64,000 nucleotides of DNA, taken from positions 12,524,001 through 12,588,000 of the forward strand of contig CM102286.1 of assembly GCA_046563655.1 (NCBI GenBank), given 5' to 3'. Positions 13,401 to 27,300 of the stretch are shown piece after piece (the first letter of the stretch is position 1; each line of letters begins with the position of its first letter). The position numbers and the translations under genes are program-made. Below the pieces are notes generated by a model. That model was not told where the DNA came from. It searched no databases and saw nothing but the letters and a program-made list of their open reading frames with translations. The DNA comes from Yuukianura sp. NJ FZ-2021. Taxonomy: Eukaryota.

Positions 13401-16400
13401 CAGGCACTTCAGAAAAGTAGATCTCCTCAGTCACATTCTACTAATTCACAATGAAAGTTACGCTAAATTTGGACAACAGGCCAATTATGGGCCAAATAGC
13501 CGTGAAATCCTATGGTGCTTGATCGATTTGCCCCACAAAAACTTTTGTTAACTAAGAAAATTTACTTGTCCAGCACTTAAAAAGCAAAAGCAGAGCATTT
13601 TTACTACCGAAAGTTTACACGACATAACAAAAAAAAAATTGGCAGTAAAATTTTCTCTGCCTCGTTTTCGCAACTTTTTGGCAAAAAAACGTAAAATCAG
13701 AAGTGACTCGTTAATTGGAGGAAAGAGACACACAGGAGGAAGGAAGGAAGACGTCAAAATTTATTTATGACAGTTTAGACACTTTTGGCAGTTAGTGTGA
13801 AAATGAAACCTTAACAAGTTTACGCCTTCTGCCCTGCGCATTCCCTAGGTCTAATTGCATACAAAAACTGGTCAACATCGTCTCATGACAGGCTTTTAAT
13901 TCTAGAAGTCCATTTTTTCATGACATGCGTGAAGAGGTCAAGATAGGTCTTGGAGCACAAGCAGAGAATGTCTATTGTTTAGGCTTTAACTGCCACCCGG
14001 GTTGTGAAAGTTGGCGGTTCAATTCAAAATTTCAAACAAACTTTTTCTAAAAACTATTTTTCAAAAAATTAACCAGCTTGTTCGAAACCAAGTTGACCTT
14101 TGTTTGAGCAGCTGCTTTTCAGTTCAAAAAGAAGACTTATCGTAGTGTCCGTTTGTTTTCCTTGGCAGGGTATGAGCAAAAGGTGTTACAAATCAGTGGT
14201 CAAAGCAACCTAACGTTATCTTCTGTCAGCCGAAGGAGTGATATGAATACGTATTCCTTAACGTTAGGTTCAGGTTAGGTTTAACTTCATGTTAGGCTAA
14301 CCTAAGGAAAACACCTTGTCTTCAAAAGTCACTCTTCTGACCAATTCCTTTTGTCATTTGAACAATAGATGCTAACAAACCTCCTTGGAATGGCTTTGGA
14401 CAATTGAGGTCTTTTGGTCACACAACCAAGCCTCCCTATCCCTCCTCCGGCCTATTCACACTTTCAAAATATGTTTCACAAATTTTTTTCAAAAAAATTT
14501 TTATTTTGAAAAATGTTTTTTTGAGTTTTGAGCCCTGTGCTAACGAACCAGAACCCTTAAGGGACCCTCTTTTCAAAATTCTCAATTAGAAGAACCTCAG
14601 TATTTATTGATTCTTGACTTGTTGACTTTAGGGAGGGGGAAAATCTTTTCGTTTTAAAAAAATACAGAGAGGGCAAGAAAAAACTGAACGATGGGATGTT
14701 ACCGCTTCCTTTAATATGTACATTGTACACTAACCGGATAACATTAATCTACTTCATTGCTTTGCTCTTAGTGCTTCCTTAACATGAACTGCAGACTAAG
14801 GTTATGTTCTTGTCCGGTGAAAATTAATTTTAACTTCTCTGGGCTTCCTACCTGAGAGGAATACTAAATCAAGGCAAAGAAGAAGATGAACTTTTTTGAA
14901 ATGATTTAAAACCTGATCCAACCAGGTTTGTTTGACTTTTGAAGAGAAAACGGAGCTTCTGCTTCCGTTAGTAATTAATGCTTCAGTCTCAAAAACTGTT
15001 TTAAACTGAACATGTTAAGTGCTGAGCGCCGATGAAGCTACTGCCTACTGCGCAGAAGTCAAATCCAAACATCCCACGCTGAAATCAAAAATATATTGAC
15101 AGTTCCGTAAAATTCATGCAAGTTCCACCCAAAATCGCAACTCTTTCAAATTCTACGCAGAAATCGAAGAGATGTGAAAGTTTTGCACGGAAGTCAAAGT
15201 TGCCGTAGAGTTGTGCGCAGTAGAATAAGCTTCGTCTGAGGTCTGCTGAAAAGCTGAAAAGTACAAAGTTGGTCAAAAGGAAGGCAAAGTGCTGCAACTG
15301 ATTTTTTGATTTGGAGTAAAGTGGTAGGCGGAATGGGGAAGTGAGAATCTGAAGATGACCCCAGCACTCCCAAGTCCAAAGTGAATAACTTGAACAATTT
15401 ATTCTTATTGATAGTGAGACTACCGTTAGCTCTAGTTTTTCATTGAATACGAACAAGAATGTGTGGACATTTTGTGTTACAAAAGTGCCAACAATTACCT
15501 ACACGCAAACACATTCAACAATTTGTTTCACACACTGTACAAACAATATGTTCCAAAAAGGAAGCCGCTTAGGGCTTTTGTCTTTTTGAGACCAAAAGCC
15601 GCCATTTTGTTAAAAAAACAAAAACATCCTGTCACAACTTGAACTGAAAATGTCCAACTGTAGATCAAATTTTTTTGAGACACCCGGTACATTTGTACTT
15701 AAAAAAGACATTGCTGTAAAACGAACTTTTAAATTTCAAAATTTCAAAAGTTATGATGCTTTTTACTAAACTGGATCCACCCTAACCTGAACTAAAGTGA
15801 AACACTTCTTCCCACCAAATATGTCAAAGGTCACATGGGGTTAAACGCCAGGAGATTGATCAGTGATTCAAAATATTAAAGTTAACAAAAATGTTGTACT
15901 CCGCCCAAGCTAATGCTCAGTAGAATGACTGTATCCAACCCCGCAACTTTTCAAAAAATAACAAAGACTCTGTTGGGCGTGTGTTATTGTCAAGGAAGAA
16001 GGGATCGAGGGAGAGAGAAGGCTAATTATGGTACATTTTTCACTGTTGACTTCAAATGGTAATCGAACTACAATAGTACTATAAGTTAAGTTCTAAAAGT
16101 GCCAAAGCCAGTTTGGTAATGATTAGGTTAGGTTTTTTAAACTCACGCAACTACGCAAGCTTAGACCTGAAGCCTCGATCAATCAACTGTAAGTGACAAA
16201 TGAATTCTATCCAAACGGAATGTCATATTGATCTCCAAACTGATAGGCTTTCTTGGGTTAGATTTGCTTTAAAATCTAGTTTGACCACAACGTCAACATG
16301 ATTTGCCCAAAAGGCAATGATCTTTTCCAAATATGCCAAAACTTGCAAAACATCGCGAATTTACAATTAAAATCACTACGAGCATTCGCACTTCAGTCGT

Positions 16401-18338
16401 TGACTTGCTGCGTCCAAGTTGATATGATGGATCAAACTTTAAAACTTGATGAAATACAACAACAACATGAAAGAAAAGATGCGCGAGAGATTTTAAATCT
16501 TCCGTGGACCAGAGGATGATAAAGAATTAAATTGCATTACATAATTCGCTCCAATGCATATAAGACGGCACTATTTTGCCCGAAAGGAAATTTGTTCCAA
16601 AATGCTTTCAATCTCGAAGAAGTTAATGTCCTACACTGGTCGTTCCATTAGCATAGGCTACGAAGATGAGTTAATTCATGCGCATGTCTTTTAGTTCCGT
16701 TTCGTAGTAATGTCGGTAATGTATACACGTCGAGCCGTCACGGTTTAATCGTCAAAAGAAACGAATAAACAAACGGTGCGTCGGAACGAAGAAAAAAAGT
16801 TGATGAAGGAAGATGAAGTAATGAAGGAAAAAGCGGAGGCGGTTGAAATAAGAAGGGGAGAACGAAAAAAAAATTACGATTTTGCCGTTGTACAAAAATT
16901 GTACGTTGTACGACTTGGAAATTGTCTAATTTTCTTTAATTTCCTCCCCCAACATCTTTTTTGTCATCGTCAGAAAAAAAAAGTTTAGTTTAATTATCCC
17001 GGTCGCCGAGAATTTTTTGAATTTGAGCAAGACATTAAATGCTGCTGCTGTTTGTTATGGACGTTGTTCGCTTGCCATAAGGTATTTGCTTAGGGAAATT
17101 TTTTCTTGTACTACTGGTTTCAACAAAAATTCTTGTTCAAAATTTCATTTCTGAAGAAAAAAGTTTCGTTTCATGAATTTGTAGGAAGCTGAGAGGATAA
17201 AATTAATTGTTGTTAATTTTCCTCACAATTCGTCACCCTTGAAAACTTTTAATTTTGTGGAACAGTTTTAATCTTGGCTCCGCTACATAAATTTTTGTAG
17301 GTAAATTATCATATAGATGAAACATTTTTTTGAAAAACGAAGATGCTACCTAACTTTTAATATCAGTTTTTTTTCGTTCTGAAAATTAACAATGCAACGT
17401 TGAGAATAATTGATTAGTTGAGCCAGCGCTCTGAATTGAGCAATTCATCATTGCTCAAATCAAAAACTGTCCAGGAAGCACCCATTGCTTTTGTAGCTCC
17501 GAGGAGATGAACTACGCTGCCGAAATTTGTAATTAGGCATTTCGTGATTAATCCTAAGCAACTTTCGGAGATGCATCTCTAAGCCAAAGTTTTGAGTTTT
17601 GCTTTTCTGGATGGACAGGGATGATGTTCTGCTCCAAGGGAAAACCAAGTGATTGACTTTCTTTTTAGCAAAGCAAAAAAAGTTGACTCGTAAATACAAA
17701 ATGATTATTGGCAAAACGAGACGCACCTTTAAGTTCGCATGTGCCTAAAGCACTGTAATTCCAATCTTATGTAAGTTACATAATAACGTAACTGAAAAAG
17801 ACGCAAGACGTAGATGGAGATGGAAGAAGCTTCAAAATTCTTTTGGACAAAAGGGCGGGGTGGATTTGAATTTTGAATAGAATAGGAGTTCAAAGGGGAT
17901 GAAATGGGGTTGATAAATCTAAGTTAATTAAGATGTAAAAGATTTCTCTATTCTTAGAAACTTCCTATGGCTTATCTAAATTTTTGATCTGACAATCCAT
18001 TCCAAAGTTAAAAAGAAATTTGAAATTTTTAAGATTATGTTTTTGGAAGCCTGTTTTGAAAAGTGTCTTTTTCTTTACTTTTTTTTTAATTTGGTTCCTA
18101 AAATTGCTATACTTACCTTCAAATTTTCCAAAACGCGTGAGCAGTGAATGGAGGCGGTTCCATTTGAATCAGAAGATGCGGACGTTACGACCAAATCTTT
18201 CGCCAATCCCAGTCTCTCATCAAAAGCAATCACAAGTCTCTCGAGCCCTTTGTCTCTGTTAATTAAAAACGAGGCTTGAGACAATGTCACTACAAACAAT
18301 AGGACAACTACGGACATCCAGGGTGCACTTGGCTTCAT
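4447..18338 (-). CDS. CLCA-family (calcium-activated chloride channel regulator-like) type I membrane protein
   Basis: Exon 1 (18338-18117) encodes a signal peptide MKPSAPWMSVVVLLFVVTLSQA. An 8.6-kb intron follows, then exons starting near 9473, 8843, 8522, 8145, 7928, 7632, 7292, 6850, 6517, 6128, 5870 and 5540. CLCA motifs: SEYLFRATKGESYFRQISLLLPPNW, QYGACGVPG, REWLKTRYGIFEE, THVRTTPTKHNFLCDGQSVWEVL, vWA LLDRSRTM, LFDTGSGDPDITSGDGIYSAYF and FnIII-like PPSRITDL...LSWTSPGGDFDKGKA. These are followed by a TM helix and a cytoplasmic tail. Confidence 0.88.
15670..15689. mobile_element. Probable solo terminus of a Tc1/mariner-type element
   Basis: TTTTTTGAGACACCCGG followed by TA resembles the C(A/C)GGGTGTC ends of TA-targeting non-autonomous elements. 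No matching second end was found. Confidence 0.3.
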
Positions 18339-21300
18339 TTTGTTAACTTTTGAGTTAGAACAATGACAGGGATTGTTCATGTCCAATGTCATCGGGGGAT
18401 GAAACTTCTGTCTTTTCTGCACTAACAAATGAGCTATTAGGAATGTATGACCGGGCTGTTCCACTTGCTCTAAAGTTTCTCGGGTAAGTTAGATTTGAGG
18501 ATATCTGTTTCCGGTGGTGACTTTGAAATATTGCTGGAACAACTTGCTTTTAACTTCTTCCAGAAGACTTCCTTAACAGATTTTCAGTTGAGTTCTGAAA
18601 GTTGAAATTTGATCTGGAAGTGTCAACAGAGTTCTACTGGTGAAACCATTTCCTCGTCCAAAGTGTTTTTCCCTTCCAGATCTGGGTTCAGAAAAACTAA
18701 AAGCGTCATTTGTTCACCGGCTGAACGCTTGTGACTTTCTCCTCCCTTGAAGATTAAAGTTTTCGGGGTTTCAAATTTTTTTTTTTTGAAATGCCGGCTC
18801 AAATGTACTTCTGCGTGGTCTAGATCTTCCAGAAGGGACGGAAACTGATCTGAGGACCAAACAAGTGTAATGATGCCCAAAGTGGATGTCGGGAGCTTCG
18901 CTTTTGAACTGTTTGGCTTCTGAAACTTTCCGTAATGAGGAAGACTTGAAAAACAAAACAAGAGGCTAAAAGCCTTGAAACCAACTGTTATTTTGTCAAG
19001 CGGAGGTTGTCTATCTACCATGTGCTTCTCAAAAAACTTTGGAGAGCGTTAGCCTAACTTGGTCTATTGTCTGAGACGTTCAAAGATCCAAAGCTGAGCA
19101 ACAACTGAAGGCATGGGAGACTTTTTCCTTTGGTAATATTAAGGAGACGGGAGCATCCCTAGCAATGCTTCAACTTTTGAGAGCCAGACGGGGGATGAAA
19201 GTTGTTGAAGAAAAGCTTGGGGCAGCTTGAAAAAAACTTCTTCCAAGTTGGAGTTTCATGGGATGCTGCTAGTAGCATGGATTCGACTGACCACTGTAGG
19301 CCACTGATGCCATTGTACTGATGATGATAATGTGAATAATATGAAACACAAAGGAGAAAAAACATGGCAATTTCCATAGATCTCATTTGTAAGATAAAAA
19401 TAGGACATGGAAGTTATAATTTGAGGTGAAGGGATGAGAGATGTCTCATCTTTTACTAAGAAGCTTCTATTATTCTTTTTTAAGATGAATTTTAAACAAG
19501 GAGAAACTATACTTGAAGAAAAGCTTCCTTTGACTGTTCTCAAAGTGTGACATGACAAACTATAACCACTTTTGAAAATGATGAACTGTTATTAATGCCT
19601 CGTCTGATTAAAATAGGAAACAACGATGAAATAATGATGGGAAAATTTTTGTCATGAGATTCTTAACAGGCAAAGTGCCAATATCCTGCCTTAGACTAGG
19701 TTGAAACTTTTTCGAAAAACCTAAGAAAGTTGTTGTTTTTTTTAAATAAAAATTCATTTAATTTAATTCGGAATTTGGAGAAAAATCATTTGGATTTTGA
19801 ATTTTAGAGCGAAGAAATTCCAATTCTTCAAATTCAAAATCGGAAGAGAAGTATGGCATTTTTTTTAACAAATTCCTATTCAGCAACGATGCAACTAAAA
19901 TACTATACACAGTAAAATACAATCAGCGACTTTTTATAGATTGGAGTTGAAGCTAAAAGTTAAAAAAATTGCTTACATATTAGAGAAGAAGATTTCAAAC
20001 TTTTACGATTTCAATTTCAATTCAAAGCATACGTCAAGCTTTTGGAAGAAAAATGTGCTTCCATAACTTGAGCAGAAACAAAGATGTTCATCAAGGACGT
20101 TGATGACAATTTTCACGCTTTCATAAAATTTCAAAAAAGATTTTTAGAATGTCAAAATTTTGAATTTCTCACGCTTTCAAATAACTGGTAAAAGGAAGTG
20201 ACAGGAAAATATTTTTCAGCGGCACTTGGACTTTCTAAGAAAAAATTTCTTTAGAATTTCGTTTTGTGCAACTTAACCAAGTTATTAGGATGGAGTCAAT
20301 TAATTGGTGAAGCCTTAACTATGGGTGAACATTTAAAGATTGGCGCAATTAGATACGTTAACTACAGTTGTAATTTCTTTTCCTCTGGTCAGTAGGAGGT
20401 GTTTGATGTCACCTTATAAATTTTTCTCATAAATAGAATAGTTTAGCCATTACCTCCTACGTTTCCGTTCCGCTTATTTTCTTGTGAATTCTAAAGCCTC
20501 CTGATTACAATCACTCTTTCCATTGTTGTGTGAAATTCGGACTGCACGCAAATTATCATTTCACACAAGGAGCTCCTTTGTACAAATATTGAGGACGACC
20601 GTGTCATTTCATCCAGGTCATTATCATCGATTTGGACTTTTGTACTACAACTTCAACTACAATAGAAACAATTCACCCAGAAGTAGGTAAATGTTCACAA
20701 AAAACATAATTTTTGGGGCTAAAACTCCAATATTTCAAAGACAACTCAAACAAAAACTGACAATATCCGGACAATTCATTCAAACATTTGGAGCAAAGAG
20801 CAAAATTTGGAGCAAAATTTCAAACTTGACAAAAAACAGGAAACATTCAAATCAAATGATGAAAACATTTTCGAGCACCTCACAATCAGTGAAATTTCGT
20901 CAAATCCAAAGAATCTAAATTCGTTATGTTAAAACGGAAAAATTTATTGAACAACACAACGCAAAGAAAGCTTTTGACTACATTTATTTTGCAGAAATTT
21001 TGCAAATACGTTCTCTACCATTTTTGCCAAATTTTGCCAAAGTCAGAAGAGAACAAACTTCAAAATTCGCCCTTCGACCACCAACCAACTTTTGGCAAGT
21101 AATTAACGCAAAGTTATTTGACAAGTTTTGATGTAACATGAAATGTTGACAGGTAAAGTTGTATCACTGTAACATGTTTCACAGTGGTGCGTTACTGCAT
21201 GCCTGCTGCAGTTGAGTAATCTTCCAAGGTTCATCATCAAACAACAAAAATTTGTTTACTTATAAAGTTGCCGCGTATTGCGCAATTGCTGGCCTTAAAA

Positions 21301-24300
21301 GTGTTACTTTACAACAACATAGGGGCAGATGTTTATGTACTTTATGGATTTATAAATCCAAGATTTATTTAGCCGCTAATCAGTTACAAATTTTGTACGC
21401 CTGTCCGTACAGCTTCTGTTCAAACTTACGGCGGCTCTTTTTAAAAACCTGAAGCCGAATTAGCATCTTCTGGTAATTTTGATTTTCTGGCGTAACCCTT
21501 TCTTGGTAACTTTAAGTTCCAAAAGCACAAAACATTTGTCTAAGAATTGTTCATTGTGTGCTGGAAGCGCAATTTATTTAGAAATTGTTCATTGTAAAAG
21601 CGTTTCCAGTTTGGATTCTGGAAGCTCCAAATTTTGAATTGGTTTCATCCTATTGAAGTCTTTTTAGTTTACGCTTCTTGGATTTATTAAAATGGAAAAA
21701 GAGGGATGGGACCAGCAACGCTAATTTAAAAAATCAAGATAGCAACTCCATTTTCAGAATTTGTTAGGTAGCTAAAGCAGTAAGCGAAAGAGGGAGGGAG
21801 GAGAAAAAAAATTATGAATCGACATTTTGAAGCTGGATTTTAATCACAACCTTCTTTATATGGAGATTAAACTTGATTTTTTTTAAATCAAGGTTTGAAT
21901 GCAAGAAAATAAAATCCAGATTTCTCAACCTGATTTTTTTTAAAAGATTATTATAATTCTGCTCGGGAGTATTTTTTAAAATATGCTTCTCATGTTTTCC
22001 TCTGAGCACATTTGATATTCACTTTCGGTTTTTCTAAACTTTTTTTTCTTATTAGAAAAGCAAGGCGGAGTAGTTTTGCCAGTTAAGAATTTTGAATACC
22101 CTAGGCGGAAAATTTCAAATGATATACATTTTGAACCAATGTCGTCGCTCCCGTCTCTCCGTTCAGATACTTTTTTCCGTAATAAATGCTAGTAACCTGT
22201 ACTTGGAATTACCTCACTTGTCTCATGAAACAAGCAATCAATCAGTATATAACGCTGCAACTGCAAAAGTTGTTTGGTTCTACTTTCATTTTTCTCATTT
22301 CAGAAGGCGTTAGAATCATTTTCACGTTTTTCGAAAATGTCCCTAGGCTGAGAATTGTGACTTTTGAGAAACCGCTTCACTCTCAGCTAATCCTGTTTTT
22401 CAACCCCCCGCTTTTCCCAGGGGGTAGAAATCTCAACCCTCAAAATTTTCATTTTCCAAAAAACATTTTCTTTAAATGGGAGTACGATGAAAAGTTTAGA
22501 AAAAAACGAAAACTAAAGCAACTTTTTACTCTAGCTAAGGTGATCTGCTAATAAGGAATAACTTTTGAATCTCCATCATTTTCCTGAGTTAACTGCCTTC
22601 TTTCGTAAAGTGCAGAGGGTGGATTTGGACTTTTAGATATTCAGAATGAGAGCAAAAGTCTTTTTGATAATTAGAACTTGTTTTGAGCCCTCCGAGGCAA
22701 AATGGATGTTTCAAGAAGCAGCTTGGCCGGTTGGATTCCGCCCCAACTAAACTTCTTCACTGCTTCAGTTTATGTTTCGTTACAGTATTATTAAATTTTA
22801 AACTTTAATATGTACCTTTTAAAGGTTGGAGAACAGGTACATGAGGTGTGCATTTTAATTTTAACTGCACCAAAACTCACACACACCCATCATCCATTTC
22901 TTCTTCAAACGCTGCCATTTAACAAAGTTGTTTCAATTGAAAGTCCAGCAGAAACCACATGAAAGTTTCAGTCAATTGGGAAGTTCGGAAGTGTTATGGC
23001 TAAGCTCAAACGTAATATCGAAAATTACAATGTAAATGAAACCTTTACTTTGACTTCTGATCGTAAATGGCTTTGGCACTGTCTATAGATCTCTTCCTAC
23101 ATCACTTTCCAAAACAACATAATGTATGTTTGCATCCGTGACTTAACCATCTATGAACGGAAACTTACGAACGGAAATTTGTGCACGGAAACTCATGTAT
23201 GTACAAATATTTTTAAAATATTGTGTATGAGAGAACGTGTACACATCATACTTTTCATGAAAATTTTAAGGCTGTGTACTATAGTTGCAAACAGGTTTGT
23301 ACCTTACAAGTATGACATGCGTACATTGGCAGTGCCAATTTGGCACATCACGTTGCTTACAAAGCTGTCCGGAAATAGAACACAGTGGTGCTCGTTATAA
23401 TTCTTATAGAGACGATTGGGCTTCTCAAATTTTTCCATTTCTTCCAAGTATTTCTCAAGTTTTAAGCGCAAGTTAAATACTACGGGCTCCATTTTTTTTT
23501 TCTAGCGATCAGAAGTTAACTGTCAAATCACTTTAGAATATTTTCGAGTTTAGTCGAAGCTTGAAAGTCAAGTTTGAAATTTTTGAGCTCAAAAACTCCG
23601 GGCAGTTTTGAAACGAAGGCTGAAACGCCCTTATTTCCTTCCAGCAATGCTTGAACTGGCCCATTTGACTTCGACGGACATTTATTACATAGAGTCCATT
23701 CTACAGAAACATTTCTTCATTGTTTCTTGCTCCAAGGGCCAGCAGGATCCAGAACATTGGGGGATACTTTTGTTATTTACTAAACCATTAGAAATTGTAG
23801 CAAAAGGCGTGGTGGAGCGTAGAGCCGTTGGAGTCATTGCATGATGGCAGTTAGTGGATTGCATGGCAAGACATATACAATTTCTTTTTTCAATCTTTTT
23901 CAGAAATTGTACACACCAGAAATGTAATTTCTCATCAATGGTTCTTACAAAGGAGCAATTTAGTTCATCAAAAATTTTTCTTGGAGCTTCACACGATATA
24001 CAAGCGTCTGGATGATAGGTTTAAAAAACAGGCGCGCCACGCATGGTGACCAAGCTGTCACCAGCCTTGTTACGGCACGACCTCTTAAAGGCTTTTTTGA
24101 GTTCTAAGCTCTCACTTTTTTTAAAAGAAAGAAGCTTTAGCACCCAACACTCACAAAAAAAGTTAAGGAAGCGTGAGTAATTCTAAGACGAAAAGGAGTG
24201 TGAGAAATTTGGAAAAGTCCGATTTTTCAAGATGATAAGATTCTCCAAGATGGTTTTGTGGCAGCAAAGCACAGTTTTTCAAAAAAATTCGAAATTCTGA

Positions 24301-27300
24301 ACTACTATTCAATTTTTGTAAAAGAAAATGAAGCCCGTATGAATACTGAAGCCCTTATGTAGGTTATTCTTCCTGTCAGATTAAGAAGAATAGTTTTTTT
24401 TCTAAAATTACATGAGCCCTTATGTCCCACCTCTTCCTCCGCTTCGTTACGTGATTACGAAAGACTTTGAGAGTTTTTTGAAGTAAAAATGAAGGGGACC
24501 CTTAACCATTTTTTGAAAAAGTGAAGACTAATGACCAACCATTGTGAGTTATAATGGTGATTGCTTAGGAAAGATTACACTTTCTCTTGTAACCAGCCTA
24601 TTATTAATGCTTGCAATAATTACAATCCTGAGATACCCTTAGATGGGACCTTAAGGGTACCTCCGTCTTACCTAAAGTCCACCTAAGGTCGAAATATGCT
24701 TCTGGATCCGTGTCCACCGATGAGGTGCGCCGAGAAGTTAAAAAAGTGACTTTGCTGTCCAAATTTTACAGCAGTGGCTGGGGAGCCCTTAAGGCTGTGC
24801 ATTGATTTCAAAAGGCGGTGAGCCAAGCATGGGTTTGGTTTGTAATCGGTCGATTATTCTCAAATTTCAAAACTTCGGAGGGCCCAGGGGCCTTCCAAAA
24901 TGCTGGACGGAGCGTAAGCGTCAGGTTAAAGGTTGGGAAGGAAATTGTAGCTTCCCGCGGGGCCTGTAATCAAATTGTTTCCAAAAGAGCTTCTTCTTGA
25001 CGAAGTTAGGTTAACCTAACCTTTAACGTTGTGTAAGCTTCTTACCTGATGCCCGTATATGCTTCTGCTGCTGGATGATTCTGACAATACTAATTTAGCT
25101 GACAGAAAATAATTGTAAAATATGTCTACCTACTAACTTAACTATAACGATACTTCCCTTCCCCTTTCAAATCTCCCACACTTTTTAACATATCATTAGC
25201 TTAGGCACTCCAACTTAAGGTTTCATAGCTAACGTCGTAAGTTTCAGAAAGGAAATTAGTCGCCATGTTGCTTTTTACAATTAGTTTGGATAAAACCAAG
25301 AAGCTAAAGTTTAAATTATTCCCATTATTTTTGCTATTACGTTAAAACTTAATCGCTTATAGGTCCTTCCGCCTCCATCCGGAGGCATGTATCTTAAAGC
25401 CCTCCATAAAAATGTACCTGTTTTACTTTTTTCATGTAAACTTTTTTTTTTGAAATTTAATTTTCCAAAGAAAGTGGCACTTTTCGTGGTGGTGGTAGGC
25501 TCTCACCACTTCAATTATGAGAAACCTACGGATTATGTGACATAATACTTTTGTACAAGCTCTCATTATTTTCATTTTCAGTATTATATGTCATGATTCA
25601 TGAACTTTTTTAGTTAGTTGATGAGCATTTTTGTGAAATTAAAAAAATTAATGTGAATTTTGAACTTGACGGGTCAGGAGTTTTGACAAGTTGAGATATT
25701 TGGACACCCACGTATTGGATTACATAGTACGTAAAAGGTATGCGCTAACAAACTTTCTCTTTAAACTCAAAAGATAAATGGAGTTTGAACTCATCGAAAA
25801 ACTTTTTTGATGATTGACAACTTTTTGTCAGTGCAAAAATTTTACGTTGATTGTTTTTATGATGTTTTACGGTAAAGAATGAGTTGTTTGCTGAGGATGA
25901 CGGTTTGATTTGCCAAAAAGTTTACCGTTAAGTGACAGTTTTTGCGGAAGTAACTATCACTGTGTTCCCATGTTCTGGTTGGTTCGACTTTACAAAGAAA
26001 TGGACAAACAATTCCAACTAATTTGTTTAACCGGCAGTTCTCAACAAACTCATTATCAACTGCGGACTATGCCCGGTTTGCATTTGGGATAAAAGAAAAA
26101 GAGACAATAGGATTTGTTAAACATGGCCTAGAGGGATACAATTCCAATCATTAGTAAAAATCTCTCATCTTTGAAAAGAATCGAAAGAAGATTCCTTGAT
26201 TTCAAAATCAGATTTCCATTGTCTATAATTTTTGTGCTAACGGGCAAAAGTGGAAGTAAAAAAAATAGAAAACAAAAGTGATCACGGATTTTGGAATTTG
26301 GATCGAACTTTATTTTGATGATGCGCAGGAATAAAAGATTTGGTTGCGCAAGGCGCATGCTCTGAAGACCAACGGACAAAAAAGAAGGCGAAGCAATTCA
26401 ACTTCGTTTTCATTTTTTTTCGTTTGTTTTCAGTACCTGATGTAATGTGATGCCTAAGAGCAATTTCCTGTTGAGGAAATTCTTAAATTGATGAGGGTGT
26501 GTGTAAGTTTTCTTTTATTACGACTCGGTGACAAGACAAGTCTTTTCCCAAGGGAGTTTAATTATACACTACGAATGGAAAAAAATTTAAATTCTCCCGC
26601 GGCGGATCCATTTTTAAACGCAGTTCAAAAATCTTCCGTTCAGTTTGAGACGAAACCAAATCAACAACCACGTACAAACGACTTGCAGAAATTAGAACGC
26701 AAATTCAAAATTCGACAATGAAAAACTATCGCTTTCGGTAATTCAGATATTTCTCCAGGTATACAACTCAGATTCAGGTGCACTGCTATAACAGGTGAGT
26801 TTTCATTCATTGTTTCAAAAAAAATTGCTGTGAATTTTTTTACAGCATTTTTTTTTTGCAAATGAAAGCAGAATTGCTTTATCCAGGGGAACTTCAACCC
26901 CTTTGTTTTGCTGTTCTTAACTTCAACGTTCACCATCTGCTTCTTCTGCTCTTAAGTTGATGTTCATCGTCGTAAAATTAAAAAAAAGAAGCCTTGAAAA
27001 GGTGCCTTGAAGGTAGCATCTCATCCAACTACGCCCTTCTGTCTTACAGCATTACCAATTTATTCAATAAGGGCTCCAGAAGTGGACATGCCAAGGGAGC
27101 TTAAGGGCTCCAAAGACCCTTCCCTGGATTATGACCAGTGGACCAGGAGAGGAGAGGCCCTTAATAGCCAAAAGCCCTGGAATTAAGGACCCACTTCTTC
27201 TGTTTAAATCACGTATCGTCATCCGCCCTCCTGTCCATCCGTCCGAAGAGCTTTAAGAGCGCCAAGTTTAAGCTTTTCGCCTCAAGAAGATTCAGGAATG

